64,000 bases of DNA, taken from positions 32,001 through 96,000 of the forward strand of contig JBEPZX010000002.1 in the NCBI GenBank assembly GCA_041640635.1. Reading direction: 5' to 3'. The notes under the pieces were generated by a model that saw only the letters and a program-made list of their open reading frames with translations, was not told the DNA's origin and did no database searches. Positions 28,822 through 38,673 of this stretch are shown piece by piece. The first letter of the stretch is position 1. Every line of letters starts with the position of its first letter. Both the position numbers and the translations under genes were made by a program. This DNA comes from Aquificaceae bacterium (lineage in GTDB: Bacteria > Aquificota > Aquificia > Aquificales > Aquificaceae).

Positions 28822-28838
28822 TTTTAAAAAAGTATTAC
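28812..28838. promoter_or_regulatory. Putative NikR operator
   Basis: Perfect palindrome GTAATA-N15-TATTAC overlapping the -10; resembles E. coli NikR site GTATGA-N16-TCATAC; nikR lies in the operon. Confidence 0.75.
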
Positions 28839-28850
28839 TCAAGGTGAGCA

Positions 28851-29513
28851 ATGAAGAGAAGCTTACTCTTTGGAGTTGCGTTGATGATTTTTAGCATCCA
28901 AAGCCTTGCTCACGAAATGTGGGCTGAAAAGGAAGGTAGCGTGTATAGACTCTACTACGGGCACAGAGGGAAAGATGCAAAAGGTCTCCATATAAGCAAG
29001 ATAAAGAAAGCTGTATGCGTAGAAAATGGCAAACCAAGAGAGGCAAAAGTAAGCAAAGATAATCAAGGGGTGTTTATAGAAGGTCCGTGCGAAGCTATAG
29101 GTGTCGAATACTATTGGGGCTACTTTTCACAAACACCCGATGGAGAGGTGAACAAACCAAAGGATGAGGTCTCTAACTCAATAAAATCGTGGGAATCTGT
29201 CGCTTACTTAAAATGCCTTTACGAATATAAAAGCCCGGCAGTATTAGGTCATCCTTTGGAAATCCTTCCACTATCTGCACCTCAAGCAGGAAAGAAGTTA
29301 GAGATTCAGGTTTTGTACAACGGCGCTCCCTCTAAGGATGCCTTTTTGTCTGTAGATCACAGAAAAGTTGGAAATCCTGACGAAAACGGCAAAGCAAGAA
29401 TCAATCTCAAAAAGGGTTTAAACGTGATAGGTGCAAGTTTAAAAGTTCCCGGTGATGGCAAGAGATCGGACTTCAAGGTTTTAGAGTCATACCTTTGTTT
29501 GGAGGTTCCTTAG
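28851..29513 (+). CDS. DUF4198-like periplasmic Ni/Co uptake accessory protein
   Basis: Signal peptide SLA|HEMW, YGH, PLEILPL, VLYNG.P, DENGKA; operon context. Confidence 0.75.
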   Translation: MKRSLLFGVALMIFSIQSLAHEMWAEKEGSVYRLYYGHRGKDAKGLHISKIKKAVCVENGKPREAKVSKDNQGVFIEGPCEAIGVEYYWGYFSQTPDGEVNKPKDEVSNSIKSWESVAYLKCLYEYKSPAVLGHPLEILPLSAPQAGKKLEIQVLYNGAPSKDAFLSVDHRKVGNPDENGKARINLKKGLNVIGASLKVPGDGKRSDFKVLESYLCLEVP

Positions 29514-29514
29514 C

Positions 29515-29952
29515 ATGCTCCTCTTTTTAAGTGTAGTAGCGGTGCTATCCGTATCCTTTGCCCATGATGTTCTTTACGAGGTTGAAGAGAAAAAAGCCGT
29601 AGTCGTTAAGGTGTTTTTTAGTGATGGAACGGAGATGGCTTACGCTCCATACGAGGTATACTCTCCATCGGATCCCAAAATTCCATGGCAGAAGGGAAGA
29701 ACGGACAGAAAGGGTTACCTGAGCTTTTACCCAAGCGAGAATGGAGTATGGCGGGTTAAAATCGCAGAGGAGAGCGGACACGGCACTGAAATAGAACTAA
29801 ACGTATCCAACCAAGAACAACACACGCTCAAAAAAACGAATACCGCATGCCCTTTCTATGTAAAACTCTTTAGCTACATAGGTCTTTTCCTTTCGGCGAT
29901 GCTTTCCCTTTACGTGTCGAAAAGACTAAGAACTAGGAGGAGTCAGACATGA
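29515..29952 (+). CDS. NikL/CbiL-like membrane-anchored accessory protein
   Basis: SFA|HDV, FSDG, GRTDRKG..SF.P...G.W.V....SGHG, C-terminal TM. Confidence 0.7.
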   Translation: MLLFLSVVAVLSVSFAHDVLYEVEEKKAVVVKVFFSDGTEMAYAPYEVYSPSDPKIPWQKGRTDRKGYLSFYPSENGVWRVKIAEESGHGTEIELNVSNQEQHTLKKTNTACPFYVKLFSYIGLFLSAMLSLYVSKRLRTRRSQT

Positions 29953-30935
29953 AGAAACAACTCACCTTAACTGGTATAGCTTTACTTCCCTATGTGTCCT
30001 TTGCTCACCACGGTGTTGCGGGTCTTGGCACCACAATATCCGACGGTCCAGGAAGCGCCGTGGAAACATCTTCAGCCTTTACACTACCTCAAGGAAGGTT
30101 TTTTATAAGCTTAAAAAACGAGTACACCAAGTTTAGAAAATACAAAGGACTTGAAGACCAAAAGGAAAGTTACAACTTCACCCATTTAAATATCGCTTAC
30201 GGTATTAAGCCTTGGCTCACCGTTATGTTTTCCCAACCTTACGGTGTAAAAAAGGCAGAGTACGGCACTTCAAGGGGGTTTATGGATCCTTCTATTAATC
30301 TAATACTTGGCTTTAAATACGATGAAGGCTTTAAACTGGTTCCCAAAAACGAGAACTTAGAAGACTACAGGGACTGGCATTTTGCGCTAAATTTAGGTGT
30401 TTTTCTACCAACAGGATCAACCAATAACAAGTACTGGGATAAAGAAGGCAACAAAGTTAGCTTCGATCCCGATATGCAGCCAGGTTTTGGAAAACCAAGC
30501 TACCAAATGGGCATATCCGCAAGCAAGTGGTTAACAGAAAGATACACATTAAGCGTTGAGACATCCATACAGGTCTTTAACGAAAAGAGATACAACGCAG
30601 ACACTTCATACAAATATAAGTTTGGCAACGAACTCAGGTTTAACATGGCTCACGTATACAAGATATATGGTAACGGAAATTACAGATTTGACGGGATACT
30701 CGAGTTTAACTTTTTGCGTTTAGGCAGAGATAAAGAAAACGGACGCTCCTTAGAAGCTTCCGGCGGAAAGATACTCTACGTACAGCCAGCCGTGCGGGTA
30801 TACTTGGGCAAGATGAGCGCCTTTGCCAGCCTAAAACTCCCCGCATGGAAGGACCTAAACGAGGAAAGACACCAACAGGGTTCGGAAGGTAAAGAAAGCT
30901 ATAGGATAAATGTAGGAGTAAGTTACCTCTTTTAG
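29949..30935 (+). CDS. Probable outer-membrane beta-barrel transporter (COG4313-like)
   Basis: Signal peptide SFA|HHG, alternating beta strands, LPTG..., QPGFG, terminal VSYLF. Confidence 0.65.
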   Translation: MKKQLTLTGIALLPYVSFAHHGVAGLGTTISDGPGSAVETSSAFTLPQGRFFISLKNEYTKFRKYKGLEDQKESYNFTHLNIAYGIKPWLTVMFSQPYGVKKAEYGTSRGFMDPSINLILGFKYDEGFKLVPKNENLEDYRDWHFALNLGVFLPTGSTNNKYWDKEGNKVSFDPDMQPGFGKPSYQMGISASKWLTERYTLSVETSIQVFNEKRYNADTSYKYKFGNELRFNMAHVYKIYGNGNYRFDGILEFNFLRLGRDKENGRSLEASGGKILYVQPAVRVYLGKMSAFASLKLPAWKDLNEERHQQGSEGKESYRINVGVSYLF

Positions 30936-30945
30936 GAGGTGGAAG

Positions 30946-31362
30946 ATGGAAGAAAAACTGGAAAGGTTTAGTGTGTCCATTCCCGAAGAGCTTTTAAGCA
31001 GTCTTGACAAACTAGTGCTCAGCAAAGGCTACTCTTCTCGTTCCGAATTTATAAGGGACTTAATTAGGGAAAAGATCGTAGAAGAAAAATGGAGCTCCGA
31101 TGCCGAAAAGGTGTTTGGCGTTTTGCTGCTTGTATACGACCATCACGTAAGAGGCGTCTCCGATAAACTTTTAGAGATACAGCATTCTCATTACTACAAC
31201 GTGGTGTCAGCGCTCCATATACACCTAACCCACAACGACTGTTTGGAAGTTATCGTTATCAAAGGCAAAGCCAGTGAGATAGAGAAGCTATCGGGTAAGA
31301 TGGAAGGCTTAAGAGGCGTCAAGTTTGCAAAACTTATAAAGACAGCACCACTGGAGGAATAG
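30946..31362 (+). CDS. nikR: Nickel-responsive regulator NikR
   Basis: RFSVSI...[11 protein letters not shown] (RHH), [18 protein letters not shown]. Confidence 0.95.
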   Translation: MEEKLERFSVSIPEELLSSLDKLVLSKGYSSRSEFIRDLIREKIVEEKWSSDAEKVFGVLLLVYDHHVRGVSDKLLEIQHSHYYNVVSALHIHLTHNDCLEVIVIKGKASEIEKLSGKMEGLRGVKFAKLIKTAPLEE

Positions 31363-31363
31363 T

Positions 31364-31963
31364 TTGCATATACCTGACGGCTTTATATCACCTTCTGTAT
31401 ACTTAACAGCTTACCTTGTGTCTGTTCCTCTTTGGGTAATTTCATTTGGTAGGTTCTTTAGAAGGTACGAAGAAAACTTCCACAGGGTGTTGCTCCTTTC
31501 CACCTTTAGCTTGGTAGTCCAAAATGTGATGATACCTCTACCTTGGTCAACATCCGCTCACGCTATAGGTACATACGTTATAGGTATGCTCTTTGGACCA
31601 ATGACTTCCTTCGTATGCCAAACCATCATCTTGGTAGTTTCTCTGGTGATAAAAGGTGGCATTACCGTTTTACCTATCAACGCTCTAGCCTTGGGTTTCT
31701 TGGGGCCACTGGTTTCATACGTCTTATTTAAACAGCTTCCTGAATTTAAACTAAAACCTTTTATCTGCGCTTACGTTGGAGTAGCGGTTTCAGCTTTGGT
31801 GATAGGATTTTTCTTGAGCCTCCAGTACTATCTAGACCCCTTATACTTTTCCATCCATCCCAAAATCAGCCTACCTGCTCTCCTTATCCCGCATCTTCTC
31901 CTTGTAGGTCCTGTGGAAGGTATATACACTGAGATGGTTATAAAGGTGTTGAGAAGGATATGA
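31364..31963 (+). CDS. nikM: ECF Ni/Co substrate-binding component CbiM/NikM
   Basis: TTG start MHIPDG, TSAH, N, EGIYT; co-located nikR suggests Ni. Confidence 0.85.
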   Translation: MHIPDGFISPSVYLTAYLVSVPLWVISFGRFFRRYEENFHRVLLLSTFSLVVQNVMIPLPWSTSAHAIGTYVIGMLFGPMTSFVCQTIILVVSLVIKGGITVLPINALALGFLGPLVSYVLFKQLPEFKLKPFICAYVGVAVSALVIGFFLSLQYYLDPLYFSIHPKISLPALLIPHLLLVGPVEGIYTEMVIKVLRRI

Positions 31964-32493
31964 TAAATAAAGATGCTATAAAGTTGCTAATACTGTTCAT
32001 AGCTACGGTTGCGGTTTCTTTTTTAAAGGATGCCTTTGTTTTGTTGGCGATATTCTCCGTAGCGTTTGTTCTATCTATTCAATTGAAAACCTTGAGGTTT
32101 TTGCTGGCATCTCTTTGCTTTTCCTTAGTTTATCTTCTGATATTCTTTGTATCATCAGATGCAGACGTAGGTTATGGCTTTGCCACAGCTCTCAGGACAG
32201 CTGTTTTGAGCTCTATGGGTTTTATAGCCTTTAAGTTCATAAACCTGCCTAAGGCTTTCTCATTTTCGAAGAAGCTTAGCTTTATGTTGGTTAGTGTATT
32301 GGTAAACCTTAGGAATGCTCTTGCTTTGAAAGAGGAGCTGGAAATGGCTTTCAGATCCAGAGCTATTGAAGCCGTAAGTTGGAAGGAAGAACTAAGAAAG
32401 ATCGATGTTTGGTTTAAAGTCATACTAACAAAGTTAGAGGTAGATTCTAAGGAGTCCAAGGATGGAATCAAATCAAGATGGATTGATATATGA
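31960..32493 (+). CDS. ECF transmembrane T component (NikQ/CbiQ-like, short)
   Basis: Hydrophobic; two coupling-helix Arg motifs (FRSRA, IKSRW); lies between the M and O genes. Confidence 0.65.
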   Translation: MINKDAIKLLILFIATVAVSFLKDAFVLLAIFSVAFVLSIQLKTLRFLLASLCFSLVYLLIFFVSSDADVGYGFATALRTAVLSSMGFIAFKFINLPKAFSFSKKLSFMLVSVLVNLRNALALKEELEMAFRSRAIEAVSWKEELRKIDVWFKVILTKLEVDSKESKDGIKSRWIDI

Positions 32494-33214
32494 AGTAAGG
32501 GATTTATACGTGGAAGGAAGATTAGATAAGGTCTCTTTCCAAATCTCACGTAATGAACGTCTCGTTCTGTTGGGTGTAAACGGCGCCGGAAAGAGCACGC
32601 TTCTTAAGGTTCTTGCTGGACTGCTCACCCAGTACACAGGGGACATCAAGTTCAAAGGGATCTCTTTAAAAAGCATACTGACTAACAAGGACCTGAGAAA
32701 AGAGTTTAGAAAATCCGTCTCCATAATGTTGCAGGAAGTTTCAGCTATGTTTTTCAATCCTACCGTTTACGACGAACTTGCCTTTTCACTGAGACAGCTC
32801 GGATACAAAGAAAAACGGATAAAAGAAAAAATTGATTATCTAGCGGAAAGGTTGGATATAAAAGATATCCTAAAAAAGGAACCTTACAACATAAGCGGAG
32901 GAGAGAAAAAGAAGGTGGCTTTTGCTTGCTGTGTAATACACAAGCCTGATGTGTTGCTTCTGGATGAACCTACTGCGAACATGGATCCAGAGGGAGTTAA
33001 CATTATGATGGATATCCTTTCAGAAATGGAAGTAACTGTTGTAACTGCCACACACGATATAAGTTTGATTAGCGACTTAGGAAACAAAGTTTTAATTCTT
33101 TCAAAGGATCACAAGGTAGTGTACTATGGTGAGTGTAACGAACATTTGCATGAATTTTTAAAAGCAGCGAGTCTTTTGCACAAACATAGAGGTAAACTTT
33201 ACCTGAACTTTTAG
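32462..33214 (+). CDS. ECF ATPase (NikO/CbiO)
   Basis: GVNGAGKST, PTVYDELAF, ISGGEKKK, LLLDEP, THD. Confidence 0.9.
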   Translation: MESNQDGLIYEVRDLYVEGRLDKVSFQISRNERLVLLGVNGAGKSTLLKVLAGLLTQYTGDIKFKGISLKSILTNKDLRKEFRKSVSIMLQEVSAMFFNPTVYDELAFSLRQLGYKEKRIKEKIDYLAERLDIKDILKKEPYNISGGEKKKVAFACCVIHKPDVLLLDEPTANMDPEGVNIMMDILSEMEVTVVTATHDISLISDLGNKVLILSKDHKVVYYGECNEHLHEFLKAASLLHKHRGKLYLNF

Positions 33215-33224
33215 TCTTCAATAC

Positions 33225-34706
<1,482 letters not shown>

Positions 34707-34717
34707 CTAAAAGTTTA

Positions 34718-35194
34718 TCATAACTTGATTTTACCTTCCTTTATCTCTCTTCTCAGTTGTCGTTGCAAATCCCTTTCCTTTAGCTCTTGTCTTCTGTCAT
34801 ACTTCTTTTTGCCTTTGACTAGAGCAATTTCCACCTTCAATTTGCCATCTTTAAAGTAAAGCTTCAGAGGTATTATAGAGTAACCTTTCTCTTGAGCTTT
34901 ACCGTATATTCTGTAGATTTCCCTTTTGTGGAGCAAGAGTTTTCTCTTTCTAAGTGGGTCTGGAGGCTTTATAGTGGCATACTTGTAAGGGGCTATGTAG
35001 AGATTGTATAGCCAAGCTTCCCCGTTTTCTATCCTCACGAAACTGTCCTTGAAGGATACAGTTTGTTTGTTTCTTAAGGACTTAACTTCTGGTCCTTCTA
35101 ATACTATGCCTGCTTCATAGGTTTCCAATATCTCATAATCCGCCTTTGCCTCTTTGTTATACGCTACCGTATAATTCCCTTTTTCCTTAGCCAT
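34718..35194 (-). CDS. smpB: SsrA-binding protein
   Basis: EAGIVL.G.EVKSLR, RKRKLLLHKREI, GKKKYDRR. Confidence 0.97.
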   Translation of the reverse strand: MAKEKGNYTVAYNKEAKADYEILETYEAGIVLEGPEVKSLRNKQTVSFKDSFVRIENGEAWLYNLYIAPYKYATIKPPDPLRKRKLLLHKREIYRIYGKAQEKGYSIIPLKLYFKDGKLKVEIALVKGKKKYDRRQELKERDLQRQLRREIKEGKIKL

Positions 35195-35235
35195 CTTATA
35201 TAATTTAAGGCTACCCGCTATAAAATAGTTACTAT

Positions 35236-36084
35236 ATGTTGCCCGTTATTTACGGCTTTATAGTAGGGGTTGTCTTTTCTACAACAGGTGCGGGAGGTGC
35301 CATCCTTGCAGGTGTAGGTCATATATCCCTTTTTGGAATAAAGGATGCAAACGTTGTAAAGACATACAATCAAATTTTAGTTACTTTGTCGGGTTTGGTA
35401 TCTTCACCTATCTACTTAAAACAAAGGAGAATTATCTTAATTCTCGCCTTGCTCTTAAGCGTTGGTTCTTTCTTAGGTTCATTGGCAGGTTCCCAGCTTT
35501 CATATAACCACCTCAGGGATATACAAAGTTATAAGGTTTTGTTTGGAATTTTAACTTTAATTGTATCAACCAAACTAATCTACGATGCTTTGTCTAGCAA
35601 CAAAAAGGGTAAGCAAAATTTAAACGATAAAGTGCAAGCAAAAATTCAGAAAATGCGTTTGTATCTTACCTCAGGAAAGTTTTCCACAAGCTTCTATATA
35701 ATTTCACCAATTGTAGCAGGCTTTATTATCTCTTTTGTTTCCTCAGCTTTAGGGATAGGTGGAGGTTTTTTAATCCTACCTTATATGATATTTCTTCTAA
35801 AAATTCCAGCTTACTTTGTGCCAGGTACAGCAATAATAAGTGTACTTATATCATCCTCAACGAGTTTTAGTAATTATATAAGGCTTGGGGTAAATGTGGA
35901 TACATCCTTTTTAGCACTGGAAAGCTTAGGTATGCTAATTGGTTCTTTTGTCGGACCATTCCTTTCAAAAAAGCTTGGTGAAAGAAACTTAAAGATAGCC
36001 ATAGGACTCCTGCTCCTTTACATAGGGATAGGCTACACCTTAGGTGGTTGGATGAAGAGCACTTTTGGTATAAAAATCTTATAA
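35236..36084 (+). CDS. TauE/SafE-family (TSUP) permease
   Basis: GAGGA and GIGGGF.ILP repeats, GT, 8 TM. Confidence 0.8.
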   Translation: MLPVIYGFIVGVVFSTTGAGGAILAGVGHISLFGIKDANVVKTYNQILVTLSGLVSSPIYLKQRRIILILALLLSVGSFLGSLAGSQLSYNHLRDIQSYKVLFGILTLIVSTKLIYDALSSNKKGKQNLNDKVQAKIQKMRLYLTSGKFSTSFYIISPIVAGFIISFVSSALGIGGGFLILPYMIFLLKIPAYFVPGTAIISVLISSSTSFSNYIRLGVNVDTSFLALESLGMLIGSFVGPFLSKKLGERNLKIAIGLLLLYIGIGYTLGGWMKSTFGIKIL

Positions 36085-36091
36085 TTATACT

Positions 36092-37192
36092 TTGGTGATT
36101 GACGTAAACGTAATCAGAGAAGCTCTATCGAGAAACAAAGCAAAGAGGGAAGAGCACAAGAATCTTGAGTTTATAAGGTTTACAGACGATTACAAGGATA
36201 TCCCTAGAGGAACAGCCATATTCAAAGACTTTATAGTTTGGGGTTATCCTCACATAGGACGTATATTCCAACTTTCTACCGGTATAAAAGAGCAGTTTGA
36301 AAAACCTTTTTGGGTTGAAGAAAAGGTCGATGGGTACAATGTGAGAGTATTTAGGTACAAGGATGACGTTTACGCCTTAACACGTGGCGGGTTTATATGC
36401 AACTTTACAACGGATAGACTGCAAGACTTTATAGACCTTAAGTTCTTTGAGGATAATCCAGATCTCGTTTTATGCATGGAAGTAGCAGGTCCCGAAAATC
36501 CGTATGTAGAGGAGAGCCCAGAGTATATAAAGGAGGATATAAGGTTCTTTTTATTTGACATAATGAAAAAAGGAGAAAGGAAGTTTTTACCTTATAGGGA
36601 AAAGGTTGAACTTATAAACAAGTATGGACTGCCATCCGTTAAACAGTATGGGCTTTTTGGTGTTAGCGATGACAAAAAACTCAAGGAACTTTTGAAAAAG
36701 CTGAACGAAGAAAGAAGAGAAGGTGTAGTTTTAAAGGAGGATTCGGAAAGGGACAAACGGGTGAAGTACATAACATTATGGGCAAACCTTAACGATATAA
36801 AAGTGACATCTTTAAATATCCTAGGTGTTCCGGCGGATTACTATATCAATAGGTTGCTAAGGTTAGCTTTATTTATAGATGAGGAAAGAATACAGGTAAA
36901 CAAAGCACTATATGGAGATTTAGGGAAGGCTTTTTTAGATGGCTTATTGCAAGCATGCGAGATGGCAAAGAAAGAATATAAGGTTTACAGAACCTTTAGA
37001 TGTAGATTTAGGAAAAAAGAAAATGCTCTTATGTTCTTAGAACAAATAAAATACGCATCATCCCATATTCAAATTATACAAAGACAGCTTGTACAGGAAG
37101 TAGATTACTATATTTTAGAGTTTGATAAAGTCTACTCAAATATGACGGGAATGCTCGGTCATGTACTCAAAGGTGGATCTGTGTTTGATTGA
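36092..37192 (+). CDS. ATP-dependent RNA ligase, Rnl3/Pab1020 family
   Basis: GYPHIGR, motif I EEKVDGYNVR, TRGG..C.FTT, EVAGPENPY, FLFDI, REGVVLK, VKY; start TTG 36092 or GTG 36095. Confidence 0.88.
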   Translation: MVIDVNVIREALSRNKAKREEHKNLEFIRFTDDYKDIPRGTAIFKDFIVWGYPHIGRIFQLSTGIKEQFEKPFWVEEKVDGYNVRVFRYKDDVYALTRGGFICNFTTDRLQDFIDLKFFEDNPDLVLCMEVAGPENPYVEESPEYIKEDIRFFLFDIMKKGERKFLPYREKVELINKYGLPSVKQYGLFGVSDDKKLKELLKKLNEERREGVVLKEDSERDKRVKYITLWANLNDIKVTSLNILGVPADYYINRLLRLALFIDEERIQVNKALYGDLGKAFLDGLLQACEMAKKEYKVYRTFRCRFRKKENALMFLEQIKYASSHIQIIQRQLVQEVDYYILEFDKVYSNMTGMLGHVLKGGSVFD

Positions 37193-37222
37193 AAACGTTT
37201 ACTATATTAAAATAAACATCCC

Positions 37223-37250
37223 TTGACAAAATTTTTTTTCGATATAAAAT
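37223..37250 (+). promoter_or_regulatory. sigma70-like promoter upstream of candidate sRNA
   Basis: TTGACA (37223-37228), 16-nt spacer, TAAAAT (37245-37250); AT-rich upstream. Confidence 0.65.
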
Positions 37251-37256
37251 TTATAG

Positions 37257-37352
37257 TATAAAAAAAAGGTAAAGTTAGGAATAGGGAGCTTACAAACTCC
37301 CTCCCCCTCCCTCCCCTAATTTGTTTGCCCTACCGCCCGGTAGGGCCTTTCT
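37257..37352 (+). ncRNA. Candidate ~95-nt small RNA (or structured sfsA leader) with tandem C-rich motifs
   Basis: Lies between a promoter and a GC hairpin; AGGGAG can pair with either copy of tandem CTCCCTCCCC; outer stem AAGTTAGG/CCTAATTT. Confidence 0.5.
37327..37352 (+). terminator. Probable intrinsic terminator
   Basis: GCCCTACC-GCCC-GGTAGGGC 8-bp stem followed by CTTTCT (weak U-tract). Confidence 0.6.
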
Positions 37353-37356
37353 AAAA

Positions 37357-37995
37357 ATGAAGTTTCCATATCTCATAGAAGCTACCTTTCTAGAAAGGTT
37401 AAATAGATTTGTTGGCAAAGTATATATAGACGGTAGCGAAGAAAGAGCCTACATAAGAAACACAGGTAGACTCGAAGAACTGCTGTTTAGAGGAAATACC
37501 GTCTATGTGAAAGAAAAACCCAATGGTTTATACAGATACGAAATCCTTCTTGCTAAAGCAAAAGAGATCCTTGTTTGTATAGATTCCCATATCGCTAGTA
37601 AACTGTACGCAGAATACATAAAAGGTGACTTAACCTTTGAACCAAGATTTGGCAAACACAGGTTTGACCTTCTATATGGAAACACAGTTATAGAGGTAAA
37701 ATCGGTTAACCTTGTAAAGAACAAGGTAGCTTTGTTTCCAGATGCCCCTACAAAGAGAGGTAAAGAGCATCTGATCCACTTGATGGAATTAGCACAAATG
37801 GGTTACTTACCTCAAGTTGTATTTGTTGTTCAAAGAGAAGACGCTTATGCTTTTTCTCCTAATTGGCAGACAGATGAAAACTTTTCCAAAGCTCTAAAGG
37901 AATTTATCTCTAGAGGATACATAGCAAAGGCATACAAGTGCGTTGTGAAACTAAAAGAAATAACTTTAAAAGAAGAAATACCAATAGATATTTAG
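37357..37995 (+). CDS. sfsA: DNA/RNA nuclease SfsA
   Basis: RLNRF, NTGRL.EL, RFD, EVKSV, FPDAPTKRG.EHL; ATG 37357 preferred over TTG 37321. Confidence 0.92.
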   Translation: MKFPYLIEATFLERLNRFVGKVYIDGSEERAYIRNTGRLEELLFRGNTVYVKEKPNGLYRYEILLAKAKEILVCIDSHIASKLYAEYIKGDLTFEPRFGKHRFDLLYGNTVIEVKSVNLVKNKVALFPDAPTKRGKEHLIHLMELAQMGYLPQVVFVVQREDAYAFSPNWQTDENFSKALKEFISRGYIAKAYKCVVKLKEITLKEEIPIDI

Positions 37996-38006
37996 GAGGT
38001 TAGTAG

Positions 38007-38597
38007 ATGAATATAGCTTTGTCACATATGGATGCTTTAATAGTAGTTGATATGCAGATGGACTTTATGCCAGGTGGTGCTTTGCCTGTTCCAGATGGTG
38101 ACAAGATAGTGGATAGAGTGAATGAATACGTGAAAAGATTTTCGAAAATTGGTCTTCCTGTGTTTTTCACACGTGATTGGCATCCTAAGGATCATATATC
38201 CTTCAAAGACTACGGAGGACCTTGGCCACCTCACTGTGTTCAAGATACGGAAGGAGCCATGTTTCATTCCGATTTGTACATACCTTCAGATAACAAGTTT
38301 ATTATTTCAAAAGGTACAAGCAAAGATTTCGATGCATACTCTGGATTTCAAGGTACAGTTTTAGATGATCTCTTAAGGGAAAGAGGAGTAAGAAGGATAT
38401 TCGTGTGCGGTGTAGCTACAGACTATTGTGTTAAAAATACGGTAATCGGTGGAATCAACCTTGGATACCAAACATTCCTTTTATTGGATGCCATAAAGGG
38501 TGTAGACGTAAACAAAGGTGATTCAGAAAAAGCAATAAGAGAAATGATGAGCAAAGGAGCTGTATGCTTAAATTTTGATGATTTAGAAAGTTTCTGA
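38007..38597 (+). CDS. pncA: Nicotinamidase/pyrazinamidase
   Basis: VDMQMDF.PGGAL, TRDWHP, WPPHCVQ, GVATDYCV. Confidence 0.93.
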   Translation: MNIALSHMDALIVVDMQMDFMPGGALPVPDGDKIVDRVNEYVKRFSKIGLPVFFTRDWHPKDHISFKDYGGPWPPHCVQDTEGAMFHSDLYIPSDNKFIISKGTSKDFDAYSGFQGTVLDDLLRERGVRRIFVCGVATDYCVKNTVIGGINLGYQTFLLLDAIKGVDVNKGDSEKAIREMMSKGAVCLNFDDLESF

Positions 38598-38673
38598 TAA
38601 AAGACAGTATCTTTGCATACGTTACCTTTCTATTTGGCTTGGGAATTTTAATTGTTACCTTACATAGAAAAAT

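Noticed and set aside
28553..28894. 113-aa plus-strand ORF
   Set aside because: TTG start with no RBS and no recognisable motif; it runs through the consensus promoter/operator and into the next gene.
37321..37356. TTG-initiated N-terminal extension of SfsA
   Set aside because: It runs through the terminator-like hairpin; the SfsA-like sequence begins at ATG 37357.
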